From Macrostomum hystrix (Eukaryota > Animalia > Platyhelminthes): a DNA stretch of 64,000 bases. The position numbers and the translations under genes were made by a program. Below are positions 51,310 to 62,635 of the stretch, in pieces (the first letter of the stretch is position 1; each line of letters starts with the position of its first letter). The notes beneath the pieces are model-generated. The model made no database searches. It worked only from the letters and a program-made list of their open reading frames with translations, and had not been told where the DNA came from. The DNA lies in assembly GCA_950097015.1 (NCBI GenBank), contig CATNEN010000026.1, positions 1,679,269 through 1,743,268 on the forward strand. Reading direction: 5' to 3'.

Positions 51310-54110
51310 ATGACCTACCTGAGAACTGGGTTTATGATGGGCTCGGCTATCCTCTAATTATCTACTTGAGAATTGGGTTTATGATGGGCTCCGCTATCCT
51401 CTAATTATCTACCTGAGAATTGGGTTCATGGTTGGCTCCGCTATCCTCTAATTATCTACCAGAGAACTGGGTTCATGGCTGGCTCCGCTAACCTCTAATT
51501 ATCTACCTGAGAATTGGGTTCATGGTTGGCTCCGATATCCTCTAATTATCTACCTGAGAATTGGGTTCATGGTTGGCTCCGCTATCCTCTAATTATCTAC
51601 CTGAGAACTGGGTTCATGGTTGGCTCCGCTATCCTCTAATTATCTACCTGAGAATTGGCTTCATGGTTGGCTCCGCTATTCTCTAATTATCTACCTGAGA
51701 ACTGGGTTCATGGTTGGCTCCGCTATCCTCTAATTATCTACCTGAGAATTGGCTTCATGGCTGGCTCCGCTAACCTCTAATTATCTACTTGAGAATTGGG
51801 TTCATGGTTGGTGTGATGTAGGCTCTGCTATCCTCTAATTATCTACTTGAGAATTGGGTTCATGGTTGGCTCCGCTAACCTCTAATTATCTACCTGAGAA
51901 TTGGGTTCATGGTTGGCTCCGCTAACCTCTAATTATCTACTTGAGAATTGGGTTCATGGTTGGCTCCGCTAACCTCTAATTATCTACCTGAGAATTGGGT
52001 TCATGGTTGGCTCCGCTATCCTCTAATTATCTACTTGAGAATTGGGTTCATGGTTGGCTCCGCTATCCTCTAATTATCTACCTGAGAATTGGGTTCATGG
52101 TTGGCTCCGCTATCCTCTAATTATCTACCAGAGAACTGGGTTCATGGCTGGCTCCGCTAACCTCTAATTATCTACCTGAGAATTGGGTTCATGGTTGGCT
52201 CCGATATCCTCTAATTATCTACCTGAGAATTGGGTTCATGGTTGGCTCCGCTAACCTCTAATTATCTACCTGAGAATTGGGTTCATGGTTGGCTCCGCTA
52301 ACCTCTAATTATCTACTTGAGAATTGGGTTCATGGTTGGCTCCGCTAACCTCTAATTATCTACCTGAGAATTGGGTTCATGGTTGGCTCCGCTATCCTCT
52401 AATTATCTACTTGAGAATTGGGTTCATGGTTGGCTCCGCTATCCTCTAATTATCTACCTGAGAATTGGGTTCATGGTTGGCTCCGCTATCCTCTAATTAT
52501 CTACCAGAGAACTGGGTTCATGGCTGGCTCCGCTAACCTCTAATTATCTACCTGAGAATTGGGTTCATGGTTGGCTCCGATATCCTCTAATTATCTACCT
52601 GAGAATTGGGTTCATGGTTGGCTCCGCTATCCTCTAATTATCTACCTGAGAATTGGGTTCATGGTTGGCTCCGATATCCTCTAATTATCTACTTGAGAAT
52701 TGGGTTCATGGTTGGCTCCGCTAACCTCTAATTATCTACCTGAGAATTGGGTTCATGGTTGGCTCCGCTAACCTCTAATTATCTACTTGAGAATTGGGTT
52801 CATGGTTGGCTCCGCTAACCTCTAATTATCTACCTGAGAATTGGGTTCATGGTTGGCTCCGCTAACCTCTAATTATCTACCTGAGAATTGGGTTCATGGT
52901 TGGCTCCGCTATCCTCTAATTATCTACTTGAGAATTGGGTTCATGGTTGGCTCCGCTATCCTCTAATTATCTACCTGAGAATTGGGTTCATGGTTGGCTC
53001 CGCTATCCTCTAATTATCTAGCAGAGAACTGGGTTCATGGCTGGCTCCGCTAACCTCTAATTATCTACCTGAGAATTGGGTTCATGGTTGGCTCCGATAT
53101 CCTCTAATTATCTACCTGAGAATTGGGTTCATGGTTGGCTCCGCTATCCTCTAATTATCTACCTGAGAATTGGGTTCATGGTTGGCTCCGATATCCTCTA
53201 ATTATCTACTTGAGAATTGGGTTCATGGTTGGCTCCGCTAACCTCTAATTATCTACCTGAGAATTGGGTTCATGGTTGGCTCCGCTAACCTCTAATTATC
53301 TACTTGAGAATTGGGTTCATGGCTGGCTCCGCTAACCTCTAATTATCTACCTGAGAATTGGGTTAATGATTGGCTCCGCTAACCTCTAATTATCTACCTG
53401 AGAATTGGGTCATGGTTGGCTCCGCTATCCTCTAATTATCTACTTGAGAATTGGGTTCATGGCTGGCTCCGCTATCCTCTAATTATCTACCTGAGAATTG
53501 GGTTCATGATTAGCTCCGCTAACCTCTAATTATCTACTTGAGAATTGGGTTCATGGTTGGCTCCACTATCCTCTAATTATCTACTTGAGAATTGGGTTCA
53601 TGGTTGGCTCCGCTATCCTCTAATTATCTACTTGAGAATTGGGTTCATGATTAGCTCCGCTAACCTCTAATTATCTACTTGAGAACTGGGTTCATGGCTG
53701 GCTCCGCTAACCTCTAATTATCTACCTGAGAATTGGGTTAATGATTGGCTCCGCTAACCTCTAATTATCTACTTGAGAATTGGGTTCATGGCTGGCTCCG
53801 CTAACCTCTAATTATCTACCTGAGAATTGGGTTCATGGTTGTCTCCGCTATCCTCTAATTATCTACCAGAGAACTGGGTTCATGGTTGGCTCCGCTATCC
53901 TCTAATTATCTACCTGAGAACTGGGTTCATGGTTGGCTCCGCTAACCTCTAATTATCTACTTGAGAATTGGGTTCATGGCTGTCTCCGCTATCCTCTAAT
54001 TATCTACTTGAGAACTGGGTTCATGGTTGGCTCCGCTATCCTCTAATTATCTACCTGAGAACTGGGTTCATGGTTGGCTCCGCTATCCTCTAATTATCTA
54101 CCTGAGAACT
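51310..54110. repeat. Minisatellite, 47-bp unit, ~2.8 kb
   Basis: Unit tctacctgagaattgggttcatggttggctccgctatcctctaatta; starts about 16 nt after the RABGGTA stop codon. Confidence 0.97.
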
Positions 54111-55317
54111 ATCTACCGTTTCCACCCTCATCTTTAACGACTTATATATCTAGGCTAATGATTTCTTAATTTCTGATTTCTGAATTTGCTTAATGCAACT
54201 GATTACATGTTTATTTATTCTATTCGGTCTATAATAGCCAAATTGTTTATTGTATTTTGCCATTGTCATACTCAGACTTCGCATAATAGAATATATTTGC
54301 CGTCTTAGTCTGTTTTTCCAAAAAAAAACGCAAAAATAAAAATTTATTTTTAATTGCGTTTCCAAAGCAAGCTGAAGCGAAACATTTCTTAACAGTCTCA
54401 AAAGAAGACAAAGGAAACATGCTTTATTCTAGGTTTATTTTAATACAAATCTATTTGAAACAACAAAATAATGAAAACACAACAATTGTTTGAGTAGACA
54501 ATTCAGTTTTTGATATGACATCTCTATGTGAACATCGCAACGCGAAATACTAAATCACATACAAAAAACTGGTTTTGTATATAAATTGACTGTCAATACA
54601 AGTGGGATACTGCAATGACTCCTAAAGACAGAAAAATACAACTGTACGTTCATTTGCTGGTCAAGTGAGAAGCTGAAACTCGATCAAGATAGTCAAATGT
54701 GTGCTTTTTGTTGCATTAATAATATTTTGAAAGCCAAACTGCACGAAGGAAACAAACAGAAGAAAAAGAAAACAAATAAATTTTACTACTCATTTTAGTA
54801 GTAGTATTATACGCGCATAAAAAACAGTATGCATACGGACTAGAAGCACAGCACGCGACAAAAATGGCGATGGAATTGTCTATATGTCAAGATGTCAGCG
54901 CACAGCCTACTATATAAAGTTTTCCACACCTGTTCTTTGATACTACTGATACAAATCTGAGTAGTAGTTTAACAGAGAACATGCCTATTTTATACCTATT
55001 TTAAAATAACAGCAAGTATTTATTCTTCCAAGTGACAAACAATACAGTACAGTATCAGAAAATACATTTGGGGATTGTACATATTGACTAGCAATAAAAT
55101 AGGAATTTGATGAAAATGCCGAATGCGAATGGCTTATATACGCCAAATTGGTTGCTTTGTGCGTCCGTGGAATTGAAATTTAAACTAGTCTTTTTGTAAT
55201 ACGCGACTTTGTAATTATTATTGCCACTTTTTTATTATAATTGAACAGAAGCAGAGAACATATTACAGCTTCGATACTAGTACTACTCGCGCAAGTAGTA
55301 TCTCCTGGTTTTTTTAA

Positions 55318-58300
55318 TCATGGCTTGTGAAAGCGCGTAAATTTTTTGCTTTCCTCGTGCACCGGCATTTCGTTAGCCTTGAAGTCGTTCAGCTCCTTGC
55401 GTATGCGAGCCTGCAATGGGAGCGCAGGTAGCTGGTGAAGTTATTTTATTATTATTATTATTATTATTAAAACGCGCACGCCATCTATGGGTGCTGATTT
55501 TTTTTCTTTTTATATATATTTTTTAACAACACATTTAAATGAACAACGAAAAGCAACATAAAAAGCGAAGTTTAGTAGGAATCAAATTTTATTTTATTAC
55601 ACCCATCCTCAATTACCCCAGCTGATGCTGTTGCCCATTTAATAGCTGGGTGAACTGAAGCAATGCAGAGTTAAGTGTCTTGCTGAAGGACACAAATTGT
55701 TCCAGTAGAGTCTAGGATCGAACCCCAACCTTCAAGTCTTGAATCCGACGCTCTAGTCACTAGGCTATAAGCCTCGCTGTGGTTAGAGCGTTTATTAAAG
55801 TCTTAAATTAGGATTATCGATCGAACGACATTGAGAATCGCCCGAACTGGCCACGTGACAGCTGTTGACCAACAGCAACATACTTGTACATGTGAGTAGC
55901 CAATTAAAATGATTTACGACTGTTACCTTATCAATAGCTGTGAGCCTAGTCCACGGCTTGTCTATCATGCGATCGTACTCCTCAGTGTTAGTCACCTCAA
56001 CATAGTCATTGAATCGGATAATTCGCTTCTCGCGCAGCTCCTGCACGGTGGGCCGGAAGCTGAGCTTTCTAGTCAGGAAGCGGATTTTCTGCTGCTTCTC
56101 AGTTTCCAGGGCGGCCTCTGATTTGTCGTGCAGAATGTTTCTGTCCTGCAGTTCAGTTGGCGTCGGCCTCAGGCTCAGCCGGCGTTCGAGCGCAGAGCCG
56201 ATCTTTGAGCGCTCCTCGCGTCGCTGATCAGACGGCACCCGACGCAGGGACAGGGTCTGCTGACGCTCGCGCTGGCGATTCTCCAGGAAGCGCGCCATCG
56301 AGTCGCGTCGGCGAACTCTGGCAGCCAGATCCGAGGCCCTAGAATTGTCGCCCTGATTCGCTTGCGAAGCATTGTCATTGTCTGGCTCCTCTTCATCTGA
56401 GGTTGGCGGCGTTGGCGGGCGATGCCGGACAGTGACGGGTCTGAATGGAGCTCCGCAGGGACGTCTAATGATGCCGCGAATCGGCCGGAAGCTGGGGTCG
56501 GCGGGCTCCCTGGCTGGCACTCGCTCGTAGCGACCAATCACAACAGCTGCTGATTGAACAGGCTGAGGCGACGCTGTGGTCTCGTCCTCATTTGGAACGT
56601 CGTCATAGAAGCGATCGCCACTTTTGGGATCAATGTTGACTGCGGCGTCGGCCGCGGTGTTAGTCTTCTCTTGATCCTTGGCATTGTGTAGCGCCACTGC
56701 TGCAGAAGGCGGTGTCTGCTGCTGCTTGTTCACTCTAGAGGCCAGCAGTTCCGCCTGCAGGCCTTTGGCAGCCACGGCAGCAGCAGCCGCTGCTGAAACG
56801 TGTTATTCAGTTTGCTAATTCCGATCTTCAGACTTATGATCTGGAGGTCAGGAGTTCGAGCCTATCCTTAAAGGTATAAAATTTGTGTCCTTGAGCAAGA
56901 CAATTGATTTCCTAGTTCACACAACTCGACCATGTCAGCTCACCGGCACCTCGCGGTTTAGGCGGTGGAATCGGCGGCAGAACGGCCACGCCGCCAAAGG
57001 CTTTGACCGGGTGAGGCGGAGGTGGCTGCGGCTGCGGCTGCGGCAGATCTGAAGTGGTCGACCAGCATTGGTAGTTTCAGAAAGGAATATGATTTTTCAA
57101 AATCATTAAATTAGAGAAGCACACCTGATTGAGCACAATCAGTCTGCTCACTCATCTGCGTCTCCTGCTTCTGCTTGTCGGCACTAGTCGACGATGAGCC
57201 AGCGGTAGACGGCTGCATCGCCTTTGACGCAGCTGCTTGGGTGTCAGCAGAAGACGATTTGCCCAAGCTCTGGGCTTCAGTGCTGGAGCCGGAGCTTAAC
57301 TGCTGGACGCTGGCAGACTTGCTCACTGCAGCCGTGTCATTAGCAGCTTCGTCTGCGGGACGCAGTTTCAATGGATTCTTGTGACTTTAACAAACTGGGG
57401 GACAATGGGACGAAATTAGGAGCCATTGGGATCAGTGTGTCGAAATGATGGGTCATTGGGATGAGTGTGTCGAAATGATGGGTCATTGGGATGTTTATGT
57501 CGAAATTATGGGTCATTGGGATGTTGATGTCGAAATGATGGGTCATTGGGATGTTGATGTCGAAATGATGGGTCATTGGGATGTTGATGTCGAAATGATG
57601 GGTCATTGGGATGTTGATGTCGAAATGATGGGTCGTTGGGATGTTGATGTCGAAGTGATGGGTCATTGGGATGTTGATGTCGATGTGATGGGTCATTGGG
57701 ATCAGTATGTCGAAATGATAGTAGATCTTTGGGTATGTGTGTGTCGAAATGTCTAAGCTGCCATTTTGAACAATAATAATATTAAACGAGGTTATATTTT
57801 ACATGGAAAATGTTTAGTTCTCATATAAAGCTTGTTGCAGATTTGAGCAACAAGGGAGAGGTGAGCTCAAGAAAGCGTTTGCGAGTCATGAGAAGCTCAG
57901 AAGAAAATTCATTTGTGCTCAACTGAGTTAATAAGAGTACTAAGGGCAGGCGATACGAGCAATAACCCCACAGCCATGTAAACATATTTGTGCGGGTATA
58001 AACAGTTTAGATTGTAAAAATATGTGCTCGCACAAACTTGAATAGACTCGATTTTAACGAAGTTAAAAGCAATAAAAGCACACATTTTCCATGGCACCGG
58101 GTTAATAATAATTAAACAGCTAGAAAATAAAGTATTATTTAATCGCCTTACCGGCATTGACGTTTAACAGCTGTTCGAAGCTCTTCGCTCGGGTCAAATT
58201 AGGGAAAAGATTTCTAAAGAATTTTAACATTACATTTGGAGCAGCCGATTCTGCCCCAAAACTCCTAATTAATCAGAGGCAAGAAAACTTTGCCGCTTCG

Positions 58301-61300
58301 ACTAAAGCGAAATCAGCGCTACAGACATTTCTTGATTGTTTCTGCTTCTCGACAGAACAGCAAAAACTGAAAGAGGTCGTCGCGCAGGCTGCCTTTATAG
58401 AACAAAAACAGACTGTACGAAACTATGTACAGCTATGGCGACTGGGGCCGAGGTGGGTGGAAATGCGAAGGGAAACGAACGGAGAAAGAGAAGTAATTTC
58501 GGGATCAATACAACGAGTAGGCGGGCCGGTTCCTATGCCGAGAGCGGGGTTAGAGGATATTGAGTACTGCATTTGCCCCCAACTATATACGATCAGCTGG
58601 GACAATATTACAAATGGAAAGGTAAGGAAAATGAACATTTACATATGATATCGTAGAATATCCCACTTTTTTTCTACCGGATTCACTAAACTAAGCACTC
58701 TCACCAAATATAGTGTACAGAAGAAGGCTACTATTACAATCCCCCTAGTTATAAAGATTGCACGCATAACACATGCTGCAGAGACAATCCTAGAACAAGA
58801 GACAGAGAAGGGGCACCTATATCGATTGTCTCTGATTCAGTTGAGTACGGCTGCTCAACAGTGCCCCAAAACCTCATGCTTTCCAATCAGGACAAATTAG
58901 ACGAACTTACTATTGGATTGAGCAGTATTATCGAGCACAACATTTAACTATGCAGAGTTAATTCACAACTCAACACACTCACACACGAATCCTATTTTTT
59001 GTTAGCTTTAAATTGACTAATCTCGAATAACCTCTGTTGTCCAATATTGCTAACAAACTACTACTAGTAACGAAATTTGTATTGAAAAAAGAAGGGGAAC
59101 AACCGGTTGATTCCAGCAAATGAATCGCATAGCTAAAACAAGCTGGTGAAAATGAAACTGCCTACTTAGTGTACTATTAGAACATGTCCTATTAGAGCAT
59201 AGCTATGAAATCTGATACTGGTCACAGCAGGGCGGCGCCCATCCAAGTCAGGTCATTTCAAGGCGTGGCGAGGCAGAGACGTTAACTCAAAAATATTAAT
59301 GAGTAGTTTTGTTTTCAGCTTAAGTATTCTTTATCGTTGATGATTTAAATCATCTACTCAATATAAATTAATTTAACCTATTCTGCTCTTTACTAATATA
59401 AACCTAAAAGATTTTTCGCATTCGAATTTTCTAGAAACGTCCTACTAACTTCACCCCTTCCTGGCAGAGGGTTTAGTGGCAGAGCGGTTAAAGCGTTTGC
59501 CTCTCGCACCAAGGTCCCTGAGCTCGATGCCATGGCGAGGCCAGGCCGCGAGGCCGCGAAAAGAAGGCTTGGTGGCTTGTCAGGCAATTTACACCCTTAA
59601 GGGCCAACTTCCAAGGTACAGTGAGAGTGTACGCTGCCTGACGACGAGAAAGTCAGTGCAGATGTACACACCTGTTTGAGTGTGTGCCTGCGTACGGTAT
59701 TTGTGTGCGTGTGTGCTCAGGAGTCAGCGGAATGGGCAGAATTGCCTCCTCGCTGGCTGCGGGTCTAGTGTCACCAAATGATGTGCCATTGCCCGCAGCC
59801 CTCCTGCAATTATTATTCATCCCTAGCCACATCATAGTCACCTCTCTGCTTCATAGCTGCATCCCACTCACTTCTCATGCATCCTAGCAGCATCCCACTC
59901 ACTTCTCATGCATCCTAGCAGCATCCCACTCACTTCTCATGCATCCTAGCAGCATCCCACTCACTTCTCATGCATCCTAGCAGCATCCCACTCACTTATC
60001 ATGCATCTTAGCTGCATCCCACTCACTTCTCATGCATCCTAGCAGCATCCCACTCACTTATCATGCATCCTAGCAGCATCCCACTCACTTCTCATGCATC
60101 CTAGCAGCATCCCACTCACTTCTCCCGCTTCCTAGCAGCATCCCACTCACTTCTCATGCATCTTAGCTGCATCCCACTCACTTCTCATGCATCCTAGCAG
60201 CATCCCACTCACTTATCATGCATCCTAGCAGCATCCCACTCACTTCTCATGCATCCTAGCAGCATCCCACTCACTTCTCATGCATCCTAGCAGCATCCCA
60301 CTCACTTCTCATGCATCCTAGCAGCATCCCACTCACTTCTCATGCATCCTAGCAGCATCCCACTCACTTATCATGCATCTTAGCTGCATCCCACTCACTT
60401 CTCATGCATCCTAGCAGCATCCCACTCACTTATCATGCATCCTAGCAGCATCCCACTCACTTCTCATGCATCCTAGCAGCATCCCACTCACTTCTCCCGC
60501 TTCCTAGCAGCATCCCACTCACTTCTCATGCATCTTAGCTGCATCCCACTCACTTCTCATGCATCCTAGCAGCATCCCACTCACTTATCATGCATCCTAG
60601 CAGCATCCCACTCACTTCTCATGCATCCTAGCAGCATCCCACTCACTTCTCATGCATCCTAGCAGCATCCCACTCACTTCTCATGCATCCTAGCAGCATC
60701 CCACTCACTTCTCATGCATCCTAGCAGCATCCCACTCACTTCTCATGCATCCTAGCAGCATCCCACTCACTTCTCATGCATCCTAGCAGCATCCCACTCA
60801 CTTCTCATGCATCCTAGCAGCATCCCACTCACTTATCATGCATCCTAGCAGCATCCCACTCACTTCTCATGCATCCTAGCAGCATCCCACTCACTTCTCA
60901 TGCATCTTAGCTGCATCCCACTCACTTCTCATGCATCCTAGCAGCATCCCACTCACTTATCATGCATCCTAGCAGCATCCCACTCACTTCTCATGCATCC
61001 TAGCAGCATCCCACTCACTTCTCCCGCTTCCTAGCAGCATCCCACTCACTTCTCATGCATCCTAGCAGCATCCCACTCACTTCTCATGCATCTTAGCTGC
61101 ATCCCACTCACTTCTCATGCATCCTAGCAGCATCCCACTCACTTATCATGCATCCTAGCAGCATCCCACTCACTTCTCATGCATCCTAGCAGCATCCCAC
61201 TCACTTCTCATGCATCCTAGCTGCATCCCACTCACTTCTCATGCATCCTAGCAGCATCCCACTCACTTCTCATGCATCCTAGCAGCATCCCACTCACTTC

Positions 61301-62635
61301 TCATGCATCCTAGCAGCATCCCACTCACTTCTCATGCATCCTAGCAGCATCCCACTCACTTCTCATGCATCCTAGCAGCATCCCACTCACTTCTCATGCA
61401 TCCTAGCTGCATCCCACTCACTTATCATGCATCCTAGCAGCATCCCACTCACTTCTCATGCATCCTAGCTGCATCCCACTCACTTCTCATGCATCCTAGC
61501 AGCATCCCACTCACTTCTCATGCATCCTAGCTGCATCCCACTCACTTATCATGCATCCTAGCAGCATCCCACTCACTTCTCATGCATCCTAGCTGCATCC
61601 CACTCACTTCTCATGCATCCTAGCTGCAGCCCACTCACTTATCATGCATCCTAGCAGCATCCCACTCACTTATCATGCATCCTAGCAGCATCCCACTCAC
61701 TTCTCCCACTTCCTAGAAACATTAAATTCACATTTCTAAGAATTAAAAGTTACTAGCCAAAGCTTACCTCCACCGCCGCCAATTTTGACATGGGTAGTGG
61801 CGTAGGCGGCGGATATCGGCGGGTCCTTATCACGGCGACGGCGCCACTTCCACGGTTTGAATAGGCGACCAAAGCTGGCCAGGCGGCTGCCGGCACTACC
61901 ACTGCTTCCACGAGACTTTGGTGAATTTAAAGCTTGCTGCTGTGCTGCGGCTGCTGTGGTGATGGCATGCACTGAGCAGCTGCGGGCACTCCTTCCTATA
62001 TAAACAAGGAGTTTAATTTGAAAATGTGTACTAATTCATATTTTGCAACACTGAAAATTAGACAGTAGCTTAATAACCCAGAATGACCATAATTGATGTT
62101 GGATATAAAATTGTTATATATAAATACTTCTTGTCTAAATTTTACATCATCTGTTATTCAATGTCCCCGCTTTTAAAAAAATTGAATAAACAATATGCAT
62201 AAGAAGACTTTTATTTTCACTTTTTATCAAATACATAAGCAACGATATGTTAGACTCTGTATTTATTAGATATGAATGCTTATTACTGAACAGCATTGAC
62301 TTTAATAAAACAGACAATCATATGAACAAAAAATAATTATAAATAGTAGCTTTTAGATTTTTACAAATAGCTTTTAGTTTGTAAAATAAAAAATTACCAT
62401 GAGTGTCTTGACTAGATGATGGAGCATATTCATTAAATTCTGTGCTTCCAATCAAATCATCATTTGATAAATGGATATTTTCACCGTTTTCTTTTGGTTC
62501 ATTCATATTTTGATCACTTGATTCGTCTTCATTTATAATCTTTATAGGTTCAGCAATATTTCTAGAGAGGTTGGATGACTGCAGTACAGACTTCAACTTT
62601 AAGGACGATGTAGGAACACTGGTACTACGATGCAT
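55318..62635 (-). CDS. PHACTR: Phosphatase and actin regulator (PHACTR) family RPEL protein; join complement 62635-62398, 61995-61768, 57352-57125, 57048-56944, 56792-55927, 55410-55318 (~585 aa)
   Basis: GRLFKPWKWRRRR basic motif, RPELs LERRLSLRPTPTELQDRNIL and LTRKLSFRPTVQELREKRII, and the PP1-binding C-terminus IRFNDYVEV..YDR..DKPWTRLT..DKARIRKELNDFK..EMPVHEES..FTRFHKP. The 5' exons are joined on phase compatibility and are less certain. Confidence 0.85.
55605..55772 (-). mobile_element. SINE family A, 5' half
   Basis: Reverse complement has A-box (tagcctagtgactagagcg), B-box (ggttcgatcc) and the shared core; in the last PHACTR intron. Confidence 0.8.
56815..56925 (+). mobile_element. SINE family A-related degenerate fragment
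   Basis: ggaggtcaggagttcgagcc..aatttgtgtccttgagcaagaca. Confidence 0.5.
57425..57752. repeat. Minisatellite, 30-bp unit, about 11 copies
   Basis: Unit gggtcattgggatgttgatgtcgaaatgat. Confidence 0.95.
58171..58621 (+). other. Candidate 451-nt open exon of unknown identity, antisense within a PHACTR intron
   Basis: Non-repetitive open frame (ORF 58157-58648) bounded by tttaacAG (58170) and AAG|GTAAGG (58622). No family recognised. Confidence 0.3.
59474..59820 (+). mobile_element. SINE family B, full-length copy
   Basis: tagtggcagagcggttaaagcgtttgcctctcgcaccaaggtccctgagctcgat head, complete body and short att tail. Confidence 0.88.
59850..61713. repeat. Minisatellite, 31-bp unit, ~1.9 kb
   Basis: Unit gcatcccactcacttctcatgcatcctagca, in PHACTR intron 2. 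Confidence 0.97.

Noticed and set aside
57340-57756. Met/His-rich repeat ORFs on both strands
   Set aside because: A 30-bp minisatellite with unit length divisible by 3, located in a PHACTR intron.
12204-61713. Regularly spaced repeats resembling CRISPR arrays
   Set aside because: Units are directly tandem with no unique spacers, there are no cas genes, and the context is eukaryotic.
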